Shown in pieces: positions 1-8,660 of a stretch of 51,015 nt of DNA (positions are counted from its first letter, which is position 1; each line of letters starts with the position of its first letter). Source of the stretch: a virus (lineage: Duplodnaviria > Caudoviricetes); the IMG/VR virus record IMGVR_UViG_3300010234_000140, positions 1 through 51,015 of that record; one strand, given 5' to 3'. The position numbers and the translations under genes are program-made. Below the pieces are notes generated by a model, which saw only the letters and a list, made by a program, of their open reading frames with translations, made no database searches and had not been told where the DNA came from.

Positions 1-756
1 TCCGGTAGTTCCGGTGAGGAGTTCAATCACGGGTTGGGCGTTGATGTTTCCGCTGCCACCGTTTATTAAGAGGTTGTCTTCTATGTATACCTCTGTGGAA
101 AGGGTCGTAATACCGGTAATGTTTGATACCGAGTAATCGCCTACAATTCGGTTGCGGCGGATGTTTATTCCTGCGCTCGCACCAGTGAGTTTAATAGCGT
201 TGGCAGCGCCAGCAAGACCCATATCAATAACACAGTCTTCGACCGACACATCAGTGCAACCCGCCCTGACATCAATGCTTTTGAGAAACTCATCAGTTGT
301 AGTTGCCTCTACGTCGAACAGGCAATTTCGGACGGTTAGCCCCGCCCCCGAATTTACACGAAGCCCGATTGTCACTGCGGTTACATTGGCGTGAAAGTTT
401 AGGTTTTCGAGAAGAATGTTGTCTGCATCAGTGTACACCTGTCCCGCCGCGTCAGTGAAGTCAAACCTCGCCATGTCATCGCCATGACCCAATCCAACAC
501 ACCGAACGCCGGCTACGTCGAAGTCTACTGCTGCTGCTGAAGCAACAGTCTCTACATGACCCGGCATGACAAGAATCGTGTCTCCACGACCCGCTGCACA
601 CCGTCCTATCGCGTAGTCGATGGAAGCAAATGGGCGAAGACGTGTTCCAGGCGTAACACCTGTATCTGAGCCTGCTACTCCTTTGTCAGGGAGAACGGTT
701 GAGTTGTTCACGTAAAATACGGAACCCGGGCAAGGCCGGTCTAATACTGATTTCAT
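1..756 (-). CDS. Beta-helix paralog (putative head fibre/decoration protein), 3' end cut by window start
   Basis: Not in ORF track. ATG at 756 after AAGGAG; reads MKSVLDRPCPGSVFYVNNS...PFASIDYAIGRC...GHVET...IELLTGTTG, open to position 1; co-linear with 767..1672. Confidence 0.85.
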   Translation of the reverse strand, partial: MKSVLDRPCPGSVFYVNNSTVLPDKGVAGSDTGVTPGTRLRPFASIDYAIGRCAAGRGDTILVMPGHVETVASAAAVDFDVAGVRCVGLGHGDDMARFDFTDAAGQVYTDADNILLENLNFHANVTAVTIGLRVNSGAGLTVRNCLFDVEATTTDEFLKSIDVRAGCTDVSVEDCVIDMGLAGAANAIKLTGASAGINIRRNRIVGDYSVSNITGITTLSTEVYIEDNLLINGGSGNINAQPVIELLTGTTG

Positions 757-766
757 ATTGTTCTCC

Positions 767-1672
767 TTAGTCATCCGCCGAAGCAGTAACTGAAGTAGCG
801 GCAGTTCTTAGAACACCACCTGCTGCTGCGCCTGCGTCCTCGTTGTACCAGTTATCACTGAAGAGCATGGTGTCTGCTACAGTGGCTGCTGCTACGGTTG
901 CTACGTTACAAGAAATGTGGTTTCTGTATACGGCACCTGTAGTACCTGTGATCATTTCGATACAGGGTTGGGCGTTGAGGTTTCCTGAACCACCGTTCAC
1001 GAGGACGTTGTCTTCTATGTAAACCTCTGTGGAGGCGGCTGTTTGCCCAACAATGTTCCCCGTTGAATAATCGCCCACTATTCGGTTGCGGCGAATGGTT
1101 ACCCTGTCGGAGGTGCTGCTAAGCCAAATGCCCTTGCCCGCGCCACCCAACCCCATGTCTATTACGTTATCTTCAATGGTGGTGTCGCCTGAGCCGGTGA
1201 GGGCGATTACATTGGTAAACTCGTCCGTTGTGGTGGTTTCAACGTCAAAGAGACAACCTCTAAGGGTGAAGCCGTCGCTAGACCCACCAAGGTCGAGGCC
1301 AACGCTTACGGACGGCACGTTGGCGTGAAAGTTCATGTTCTCAATGAGGCAGTCTGCCGCTCCCACGTCGAGGGTTGATGCGGTAGCAGTGAAGTCAAAG
1401 CGAGGCTGGTCAGAGCCTTTGCCGATACCGATAATCGCTACGCCTGCCACATCTAGGTCAACATCGTCTGCGTCAGCAATAGTCTCAACATGCCCCGGTA
1501 GGACGTAAATAACATCACCACGATCTGCCGTACATTGTCCAATGGCGTAATCAATCGTAGCGAATGGTTTTCTTAATGTGCCCGGATTTGAATCAGAACC
1601 GGGTCGGTCTTCATATACCCCGGAGTTGTTCACAAAGAACACTTCTCCCGGATATGCTTGTTGTACTAACAT
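767..1672 (-). CDS. Beta-helix paralog (putative head fibre/decoration protein), 301 aa
   Basis: GSDSNPGT..PFATIDYAI motif and right-handed beta-helix-like repeats (IRRNRIVG, IEDN); directly downstream of MCP; ends LRTAATSVTASADD. Confidence 0.75.
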   Translation of the reverse strand: MLVQQAYPGEVFFVNNSGVYEDRPGSDSNPGTLRKPFATIDYAIGQCTADRGDVIYVLPGHVETIADADDVDLDVAGVAIIGIGKGSDQPRFDFTATASTLDVGAADCLIENMNFHANVPSVSVGLDLGGSSDGFTLRGCLFDVETTTTDEFTNVIALTGSGDTTIEDNVIDMGLGGAGKGIWLSSTSDRVTIRRNRIVGDYSTGNIVGQTAASTEVYIEDNVLVNGGSGNLNAQPCIEMITGTTGAVYRNHISCNVATVAAATVADTMLFSDNWYNEDAGAAAGGVLRTAATSVTASADD

Positions 1673-1710
1673 AATGTTTCCTCAGAACTTGCGTCCGTAG
1701 AACTCGTTGG

Positions 1711-1740
1711 AAAAAGAAGCAGGGGGCCGAAGCCCCCCGC
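1711..1740 (-). terminator. Rho-independent terminator after major capsid gene
   Basis: Minus strand GCGGGGGGC-TTCG-GCCCCCTGC followed by TTCTTTTT. Confidence 0.85.
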
Positions 1741-1749
1741 AGAGTGCGC

Positions 1750-2628
1750 TTACGCGCCAGGCGAACCGTAAAGGTGACGCCAGTCGCCCCAGAAGGGGAC
1801 GAAACGCATGTAGGCTTTAGCCTTAGCGTTGTCGGTATCGAAGTCCGTGTCCTTGGTGAATTGAACGCTTTCACGGTCAAACCAAGTCAGACCCGACTCC
1901 ACACCGTCCGTCATGACGAACCAAGCGTCACTGTCAGACAGGTAGTGGTTGATGGTAGCTTCCGGGATGACGCCCATATGCTTGAGAGCATTGACATCAT
2001 TGTTAGCTGAATCAACACGAAGGTCGGATTTCAGGACTCGCTCGAACTCGAACATCAGAGCAGTAGGACCAATCAAGCGCTTCGGGCGAAGTGCAATGTT
2101 CAGACCTTTCTCGTCTACCGCGTCTTGAATTTGAATAACGAGGTCTTCGAGAGCCGCTTCTGAGAAGTCAGCAGCAGTTGCTAGTTCGTTACTCTGGTTA
2201 CCAGCAGCAGTGCTGTGGTCGGTTGCCAGCAATTCTTTGCCGTCACCACCAGTGTAGGAGCTGTTGAACGCGCGGTTGTACACGTTGGCCGCTACATTCT
2301 CACGCGTTTGACGCATAGAGAAGGCAAGGGCGCGAGCACGTGAGCTAGAGACTTTCTCATAGAGATTGTCAGCCAACTCCTCACGGGTTACGATGTAACC
2401 AAGTGAGTATGCTACGTGCGTACCACGAGCAACATAGCCCTGAGACTGGCCTTGGTAAGCAGTGGACGAACCTTCTGCCTTAACCGGAGCCAGACCAAAG
2501 CCTGAGTGCTGCACGAGTTCTTCGTAGTGTTGTTGTGAAGTGGTGAAATCAAAAAGTTGACGGCACTCTTCCGGGTGCTCGCTGTACTTTTGACCGAACC
2601 ACGCTTTAACCCCAGGCCACAGGGCCTT
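1750..2628 (-). CDS. Major capsid protein, exon 2 (KALWPGVKAWFG...GSPGA); spliced protein 302 aa
   Basis: HK97-type capsid family motifs (SGFGLAPVKAEG, DFDTDNAKAKAYMR, GDWRHLYGSPG); frame of ORF 1750..2514 extends upstream to AAG at 2628. Confidence 0.92.
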   Translation of the reverse strand, partial: KALWPGVKAWFGQKYSEHPEECRQLFDFTTSQQHYEELVQHSGFGLAPVKAEGSSTAYQGQSQGYVARGTHVAYSLGYIVTREELADNLYEKVSSSRARALAFSMRQTRENVAANVYNRAFNSSYTGGDGKELLATDHSTAAGNQSNELATAADFSEAALEDLVIQIQDAVDEKGLNIALRPKRLIGPTALMFEFERVLKSDLRVDSANNDVNALKHMGVIPEATINHYLSDSDAWFVMTDGVESGLTWFDRESVQFTKDTDFDTDNAKAKAYMRFVPFWGDWRHLYGSPGA

Positions 2629-3484
2629 CCTTTATGTTCAGCTAGGGGCGCAACCCTAACCCGTATCCGCTCCTGGGTTGGCGGATACTGCTACATGTCG
2701 CCATGTAGAGCAGACTATATCTTGAGGTCGTTGACCTCGGTGGCACTTCCACTCGCTTGAGTGTACTCCCTTTCGGGATAGTCGTTGAACGTTCCGACCA
2801 GTTTGTAGCCTTTGGTTTTGCCGGTGGAGGACAACTTGCAGTGAAGCAAATTGTAATCCCTGCAAAAAGCGCGAATGCCCTTACCCACGATGATGTGGCC
2901 TTCGGGGTCTTCTACAACAAACCACTTTGATCGTGGGTTGTCTTTGCCTTTATTTGTGTGTTCACCAAAGTTTTCCGCACATTTGGGGTCTCCTTTCTTA
3001 GCCTCAGACATTTTCTGTCTAGACTCAAGAGAGATGACTTTTCCTTTCTGTGCTTCACTTATCTTTCGCTTGGTTTCTGCCGGGAATCGGAAGTGACCGT
3101 ACCCGCCTAGGTTGGCGTTGTATCCGTTTTCGTATGTGTCGTAATGAGCAATGTAATCTTGCTCTAGTTGACGAACTACGTCTTCGGAATTGGCTTGGTC
3201 TATTGTCTCAAGCTCAAACTGTGTTTCCCCATATTTGCGCATCGCCATCGCTAACCTGCTGTTACGAACGTCTTGCCTAGCACGTTGTATGTGCTCTCCC
3301 CATCGAATAGACGGGGTTCTCGACGTTATGCCAATGTATGCTTTGCCATTGGCGAGGTTAGTGATTTTGTATACGTAATGGGTCATGTCGGCTTCGCTGC
3401 TGATTGTCTGATCATTGTACCAGGGTTTCCAGCAGTTCACCACCTGTTTACCTGCAAGTCGCCTTACAGGGTCCCTCGGCATGA
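2629..3484 (-). mobile_element. Group I self-splicing intron (IA-like, 856 nt) in major capsid gene
   Basis: 5' exon ends in U paired with G in P1 (UCCU/UC..GAGGGA); intron ends in G; P AACUGCUGGAAA 3426-3437, Q AAUCAGCAG 3397-3405, R GUUCAACGACUA 2779-2790, S AAGAUAUAGUCU 2712-2723; P2, P7.1/7.2, P8 and P9-P9.2 hairpins present; removal gives in-frame NHP|KALWPG. Confidence 0.93.
2715..3386 (-). CDS. Intron-encoded GIY-YIG homing endonuclease with NUMOD3 repeats (223 aa)
   Basis: MTHYVYKITNLANGKAYIGIT, conserved R and E, GYN motif, then ETKRKISEAQKG / ESRQKMSEAKKG NUMOD3-like repeats; stop codon lies in S element. Confidence 0.92.
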   Translation of the reverse strand: MTHYVYKITNLANGKAYIGITSRTPSIRWGEHIQRARQDVRNSRLAMAMRKYGETQFELETIDQANSEDVVRQLEQDYIAHYDTYENGYNANLGGYGHFRFPAETKRKISEAQKGKVISLESRQKMSEAKKGDPKCAENFGEHTNKGKDNPRSKWFVVEDPEGHIIVGKGIRAFCRDYNLLHCKLSSTGKTKGYKLVGTFNDYPEREYTQASGSATEVNDLKI

Positions 3485-3514
3485 AGGATGATTGCCAGTT
3501 GCAATAACAGCCAT
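3485..3514 (-). CDS. Major capsid protein, exon 1 (MAVIATGNHP)
   Basis: ATG at 3514 after AAGGGAG; unspliced frame stops 6 codons into the intron. Confidence 0.88.
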
Positions 3515-3525
3515 AAATTACTCCC

Positions 3526-4080
3526 TTAAGCCATCGTCTGCTTGAGCAGCGCGGAGCCACTGAAGCGACCAATAACAACGCTGTTAGCGCCGATTTCGTT
3601 GTCGGGGGCCGGATACAGGCCAAGAACGCGGAACTGGTCTTGACCAGTTACATCCAACTCCATAGCGGAGAGGCCGTTCGTGGTGTTACCAGAACCAACG
3701 GTGATATCATTACCTTCACCAACTTCCGTGATTGCAAACGTACCGGCGTACTGAACCTTGAACAGGTTATCGAGTGCCGGGGCGACTTGACAATAGCGAA
3801 GCGTTGATGCTTTGCGGTATTGATCTTCCAGTGACGTTGCGGGGTCAGCTTCAAAAGCCGTAATGACGCCAAACACAAGGTCTTCAGTAGCCGCTACCTG
3901 GGCGACGGACGGAGCCGTACCATCAGCAGAGGCGGTGCCAGAGAGCTTTACAGCATCTCCGATAAACGTAGCAGTGGAATCGGCCGCGAGGATGGCACAG
4001 CGAATAGTGCCTCCGTTGTAGGGAGAACCATCGAGGTTACCAACCGGGACGAAACCAAAAGCATGGTCTACATTAGCCAT
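3526..4080 (-). CDS. Capsid cement/decoration-like protein
   Basis: Position immediately upstream of MCP; MANVDHAFGFVPV N-terminus resembles this position's protein in related podoviruses. Confidence 0.6.
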   Translation of the reverse strand: MANVDHAFGFVPVGNLDGSPYNGGTIRCAILAADSTATFIGDAVKLSGTASADGTAPSVAQVAATEDLVFGVITAFEADPATSLEDQYRKASTLRYCQVAPALDNLFKVQYAGTFAITEVGEGNDITVGSGNTTNGLSAMELDVTGQDQFRVLGLYPAPDNEIGANSVVIGRFSGSALLKQTMA

Positions 4081-4114
4081 GTTAAGTTTCCTATAACAAT
4101 TTTGTTAAGGGCAA

Positions 4115-4585
4115 CTATTCAGGAGAATATCCTCCATCAATTGTTTGCCCACCTTGATCGACGGGTCTAAGGCTGCGGTCAATTTCTTGGTTCCGCTCTT
4201 CTTTTGCTTGCTGGTCTTCTTCGTAGAGTTCCTTCATGATTTTCATGAGGTATCCACGAATAATTATTTCGCCTTTAGACACGACCTTACTCAGGCGCGA
4301 ACCTAGGTCATCTCCTGCACCGTCAAGTACATCACCACCCCATGAAGGGGCTTCTCCAGGCTCTACGAACTCCCAGCCACCCTGTAGGGCACCCTGAAGT
4401 CGTCCGTCCTGATCGTTGATAACCCGAAGGTTGTAACCCTCTTCGTCAAACTTTCGTTTGTCTTGGTCAGAGAGTTGGAGTTTTTGGCGTCTACCGCCAA
4501 ACCTGTTCGTACCTCGTTGTTCCCTCATAGCCCGTAGTTTTTTACCACGCTCAGTTGTGGGGGGTCTACCTGCTTGGTTAGCCAT
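4115..4585 (-). CDS. Conserved head-module hypothetical protein
   Basis: 156 aa, co-oriented between scaffold and capsid genes. Confidence 0.7.
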   Translation of the reverse strand: MANQAGRPPTTERGKKLRAMREQRGTNRFGGRRQKLQLSDQDKRKFDEEGYNLRVINDQDGRLQGALQGGWEFVEPGEAPSWGGDVLDGAGDDLGSRLSKVVSKGEIIIRGYLMKIMKELYEEDQQAKEERNQEIDRSLRPVDQGGQTIDGGYSPE

Positions 4586-4589
4586 CTAT

Positions 4590-5327
4590 CTACTCCCAAT
4601 CGTACGCTTCAACATATTCTTCCTTCGTCATCAACCCTTGGCTTACGAATTCATCGCATTTAGCCCGAGCATCAGCCGGAAGGCTGTCGTATGTCTGCGC
4701 ATCACTGCTGCTTACTGTTCTGTCTCCACCTACACTTTCAACCGGAGCGGTCTGTCGTGCAGGGTTTTCAAACTTTTCTGGAAACGCCATTCGTACTCGC
4801 TCTCCCATCTCTCTGTTATACGCATTACCCATGTACCCTTCGATGTTCAATCGCTCGGCAATGCGGTCTGCGTACTCCTGTAGAGTAGGGTCTGCGTTGT
4901 ACCACGGGTTAGCCTCGTGGAAAGCTCGTTCCGCCTCGATTACTTCGGGGGGTGGGCCTTGAGGCTGTTGCTGCTGAAGTCCTTCAATCTGGTCATTGAC
5001 CATTGTGAAGCGCTGTCCGTCGCCTTCATTGATGGCTTCTTCTCTTTGCGTCTTCAGTGCAGCTATTCGTTGCTCGTATTCCTGCTTGTCCCGCTCACGA
5101 GCGGAGTTCATGAATTGCTTGAACTCTTCTGTCGTGCGCTTTACGGATTCCAGTTCCTCACGGTATGAGTCCCTGTCTTCCTTCAAGCGTGAAGCAATGT
5201 TATCCCCGCGTTCTACAAAGGTCTTTGCGTCAACCTTCTTTTCTTCGGGAATGTCTGCTTCGGGGTTCCAGCCCTGCCTACGAGCTTCCTGTTCAAATTG
5301 ATCTGGGGTCCAGTCTTCTCTATCCAC
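4590..5327 (-). CDS. Putative scaffolding protein
   Basis: Acidic coiled coil, ARRQGWNP / NPWY motifs, position between portal and MCP. Confidence 0.7.
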   Translation of the reverse strand: MDREDWTPDQFEQEARRQGWNPEADIPEEKKVDAKTFVERGDNIASRLKEDRDSYREELESVKRTTEEFKQFMNSARERDKQEYEQRIAALKTQREEAINEGDGQRFTMVNDQIEGLQQQQPQGPPPEVIEAERAFHEANPWYNADPTLQEYADRIAERLNIEGYMGNAYNREMGERVRMAFPEKFENPARQTAPVESVGGDRTVSSSDAQTYDSLPADARAKCDEFVSQGLMTKEEYVEAYDWE

Positions 5328-5742
5328 GTTGTCCTCCTAGAGGCGAGCGTGCCTCAGGTATGGAGACAAAACCGACTTCCTCATCAACAACTGCGAGGAT
5401 GTCTGTATCGTTCAACATGCGATAGGAAACACCGTCCTTACCGTCTTGCATCCTGCCCCCTTGGGGAGCGAATGAAACACGCTGTCCTACTTCAGCAAAG
5501 GGGCCTGAAAAGCCGTCCTTCGTCGTTGTAGTGGTTCCCTCATGATGGGTTACCGTAACCCCGTGGGTCCAACAGTCAGGGCCAATCGCTACTAGATAAC
5601 CAGTAGAGGTGCCCCATTCGTGGCGTTCTCGGTCTGAGTCTTTGCCGAATACAATCAGCCCTGACTCAGTAGTCTCTTCTATCTCATCAGGTCGGACTAA
5701 GACCCGCCTACCACATGGGTAGATGCCTGACTCATTCTTCAT
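5320..5742 (-). CDS. groES: GroES-like co-chaperonin
   Basis: IYPCGRRVLVRPDEIEETTESGLIV...VAIGP...VGQRVSF...YRMLNDTDILAVV matches Cpn10 pattern. Confidence 0.8.
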   Translation of the reverse strand: MKNESGIYPCGRRVLVRPDEIEETTESGLIVFGKDSDRERHEWGTSTGYLVAIGPDCWTHGVTVTHHEGTTTTTKDGFSGPFAEVGQRVSFAPQGGRMQDGKDGVSYRMLNDTDILAVVDEEVGFVSIPEARSPLGGQRG

Positions 5743-5971
5743 CGTCTTCCTCAATTAAATCCCAATCCCCTTCGAGAATCTCGAAGAAGTCTTTCCACGC
5801 GGATAGTTGTGTCTGATGTGTCACAAGCATTGCGTAGGTCTTCTCTGCGCTATCAGCTAAGAAGTGGCCGGGGCCATAGGATTCAAGGAATTCGATACGC
5901 TCTTCTACGAGTTTACTTAGAGCCTCCGTCACCGGATTTTCCGTCCATTCCTGTATTCTGTCTTGTCTCAC
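5732..5971 (-). CDS. Hypothetical protein overlapping portal 3' end
   Basis: Probable GTG start at 5971; WTENPVT motif; acidic tail. Confidence 0.65.
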   Translation of the reverse strand: MRQDRIQEWTENPVTEALSKLVEERIEFLESYGPGHFLADSAEKTYAMLVTHQTQLSAWKDFFEILEGDWDLIEEDDEE

Positions 5972-8054
5972 TGATTTCTCTCTGGGTCTGCTGTTCACGC
6001 TGATGTTGGATTTCCTTCACCAGCAGTTCCGCCTCTTTCAGGCGCGTATCGTCCTCATACTTCTCCATCTCAGATACTAACTTGAGACCTTGGAGTTCTT
6101 TGAGGGCAATCTCTGCTTGAGCCACTGAGTTCTCTCTTTCGTTCTTCGTCTGAGAGTCCAGGGTCAAGCGTTGTTCTTTCATACTCTCCATCTGGAATTC
6201 TTCAGACGGTCCCGGCTTATTAACCAGTTCCATCTGTCCAGTCTCCTCATTCTGCATGAGGGGGTAGAGTTCCGCTGCATTCGGGATGTCGAACGCCTCA
6301 AGCCACAGTTGCTCAAGTTTGATCGGGTCGTATCCCGGTGCCATCTGAGCATTCTGCTTCAGCATGACGGCTTTCTGTACCTTCTCCATATTAGAGAAGG
6401 CGTTGGGGTCCGCTGCGGGTATGAGGTCTTTAGAGTCCCCGTAGTAGTCTTCCCTTAATACAGAAGTCTCACCATCGTGGTACTCGAAGTACTCAGTGGT
6501 ATTCAAGTAGATACCATTGAGGTCGTACATCTTGCGGATTTCCTTTCGGAAACTCCTATACACCCTCTTGAATATCCCGTTAAAGACCTGAAGCCCCTGC
6601 TCCATCATCTGACCCATGTTATAGGCGGGGGTGTTCTGACCCGGATTCTCGCCCTGCATGGTGTCTGTTACGGAGGATATCTTCTGTGTGTAGTCAATCA
6701 GCAACCCTAAGAGGTTGAATAGGACGGGGGAGGGCTGATTTACCGGTAGGGGGACGATGTTATTTCTGAGTTGGTCTCCAGTCGCATCTACCCGCTTCCA
6801 CTCGTTCGGCTCAAACCGGACCTTCCCGCCCTTAATCCGTACACCTTTACCAATAAAACCGACACTTCCGTTAGAAAGGGTGCCTGAGTCAATTAACTGG
6901 TTAATCAAGGTGTTGACAGAATCGTTCAGAGGACTTAGGAGGGTTCCAAAGCCAATATCGTAGAACCCACCATCAGGAGAGGGGATAAAGGAATACTTAG
7001 TAAAGTACTCTGTTGCCTCAATTCTAAGAACCTTAGGCTCTTGTTGTTGGAGTTCCTGTATCTGCCCCTGGAGTTCTTCTACAGTCCTTTGAATCCTTTG
7101 GGCGTTCTGTTGTTGTGCTTCGTCCTCTTGTCCCGGAGGAGCCATAGATTGCGCTAGTTCGAGGATTTGGCCCTTGATGCGCTCAATCTGGACAGACTGC
7201 TCTGAGATGACCTTCTTAAAACGGTGGAAGATTCTAAGTGGTGTCCTCGTTTCCTTATCAACCGTCACCACGTAAGGCTCTGGATAGCCATCGCCATCCA
7301 AATCCAAGTAACAATGTTGCTCTAATATCGTCCTGGGTCTTGAGCGGTCTGATACGGGCTGTTCTTTCCCCTCTCTCTTATCAGAGTCGTTACCTTCCGT
7401 CATGGGAGGATTGAAGAGGTCAACCTCTATATAGACGCCTCGGAGCTGTCTTTCCCTGATTTCCCTGTCGTATAGCTCGAATACCTCAGTCTTCCTGTCA
7501 CACTCTTCTAACGACTTGGCGTAGTAGTGGACACAGAGGTTCTTAGGTAGTACGAGTTTTGAGCAGTTAAAGCCCTTAGCGGGGTCGTAGTAGGACTTCT
7601 TGAAGATGCAACCAAGAATAGGGAGGGCTAGGAACGCTTTATCCTGATCTTCTTCCCACTGCTCATCCTGCTCAAGCATCTGCCATGACATATGCTGAGA
7701 GACCCGATTAGCCCTTGCAGACTTCAATCCTTGTGGGTCTTGACCCTGCTTCCGCATCTTTACGAGATTTGGGGCCTTTACGAGGTTTGGATAGGCTCGT
7801 GAAGCGAACTGAAGGGCGGCAATCGTTACTAGAGGGAATTTGACGTTTGAAGCGTTATTCCACGGGAACGACTTCTCTTCCGCTACCTGAAGGGCTAGTT
7901 CGTTGGCAGCCTTCATCTTCTTCTTCCACCCAGAACGGGATTGGTCGTCTACCTCGTAGTCTTGTACTACGTTGTAACCAATCTCCCTGACCTTCTCCGG
8001 TTCGAGGAGTTCAACGATGTTCTGTGAGGCTTGTAATTCTTGCAGTGTTGGCAT
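5913..8054 (-). CDS. Portal protein
   Basis: 713 aa; KSFPW..ASNVKFPL, ILEQH.YLDLDGDGYPEPY, PSPDGGFYDIGFG motifs; downstream of TerL. Confidence 0.9.
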   Translation of the reverse strand: MPTLQELQASQNIVELLEPEKVREIGYNVVQDYEVDDQSRSGWKKKMKAANELALQVAEEKSFPWNNASNVKFPLVTIAALQFASRAYPNLVKAPNLVKMRKQGQDPQGLKSARANRVSQHMSWQMLEQDEQWEEDQDKAFLALPILGCIFKKSYYDPAKGFNCSKLVLPKNLCVHYYAKSLEECDRKTEVFELYDREIRERQLRGVYIEVDLFNPPMTEGNDSDKREGKEQPVSDRSRPRTILEQHCYLDLDGDGYPEPYVVTVDKETRTPLRIFHRFKKVISEQSVQIERIKGQILELAQSMAPPGQEDEAQQQNAQRIQRTVEELQGQIQELQQQEPKVLRIEATEYFTKYSFIPSPDGGFYDIGFGTLLSPLNDSVNTLINQLIDSGTLSNGSVGFIGKGVRIKGGKVRFEPNEWKRVDATGDQLRNNIVPLPVNQPSPVLFNLLGLLIDYTQKISSVTDTMQGENPGQNTPAYNMGQMMEQGLQVFNGIFKRVYRSFRKEIRKMYDLNGIYLNTTEYFEYHDGETSVLREDYYGDSKDLIPAADPNAFSNMEKVQKAVMLKQNAQMAPGYDPIKLEQLWLEAFDIPNAAELYPLMQNEETGQMELVNKPGPSEEFQMESMKEQRLTLDSQTKNERENSVAQAEIALKELQGLKLVSEMEKYEDDTRLKEAELLVKEIQHQREQQTQREISETRQNTGMDGKSGDGGSK

Positions 8055-8057
8055 ATA

Positions 8058-8303
8058 TTAAAATCGCTTAGTAAGCGTCACCCCATCCTTGGATAGGTGA
8101 ACTTGGTTGTCTTCCGTCTTCCAAACGAAGGCAGCGCCTTCACCTCGTAAATGACCGAAGTAGAACGGTTTGTCTTTAGCCTTCCAGCCAATAATGCGTG
8201 TCTTGTCTTTAAACTCGTATTTAACGATGTTTAGGTCGTATTTCTCTTCTTCGACTGCATGTACACTTGTGCTCAATAAGAGGATGATGTACAATGCTTT
8301 CAC
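8058..8303 (-). CDS. Small secreted protein
   Basis: MKALYIILLLSTSVHA signal-peptide-like N-terminus with VHA cleavage site. Confidence 0.6.
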   Translation of the reverse strand: MKALYIILLLSTSVHAVEEEKYDLNIVKYEFKDKTRIIGWKAKDKPFYFGHLRGEGAAFVWKTEDNQVHLSKDGVTLTKRF

Positions 8304-8660
8304 GTCAATACCCTTGGATTGAAATATGAACCTGTTCTTTCTTCTGTGTCACCGACTCTTTGGGTGGCATTACATTACCTTTCAATTCGGCTTTGATGAT
8401 ATCGTTCGCCGCGTCAAACAAATGCCGAATGGCGACCGGTACGTTAAGGCATATGGGGGTATCTACTTCTTAGAAGATGGAAAATTGCGTCGGCCTGAAG
8501 ACTCTCTAGAGGTCTTGTTTGAAAAGTACCGCTCTCTTACGTGGTAATCAATACCCCGAAAGAAAGTGACCTACAGAAACAGATTCGCTTGGCTCAAGAG
8601 AGCATCAAGTCTAGACCTTGGTGGGTAGGAGGATGGTGGCTCTGGACCCGTCAATACCCT
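8303..8660. repeat. 12-bp direct repeats CGTCAATACCCT (8303-8314, 8649-8660) plus internal TCAATACCC (8548-8556)
   Basis: Read directly from sequence; repeat includes the terL stop codon. Confidence 0.8.
8326..8547 (+). CDS. Hypothetical protein (moron-like, opposite strand)
   Basis: 73 aa ORF filling an otherwise empty interval between the repeats. Confidence 0.6.
   Translation: MNLFFLLCHRLFGWHYITFQFGFDDIVRRVKQMPNGDRYVKAYGGIYFLEDGKLRRPEDSLEVLFEKYRSLTW

Noticed and set aside
3387-3623. N-terminal 79 aa of track ORF 2715..3623
   Set aside because: Overlaps the upstream gene, MCP exon 1 and intron P1-P5; GIY-YIG similarity begins at Met 3386
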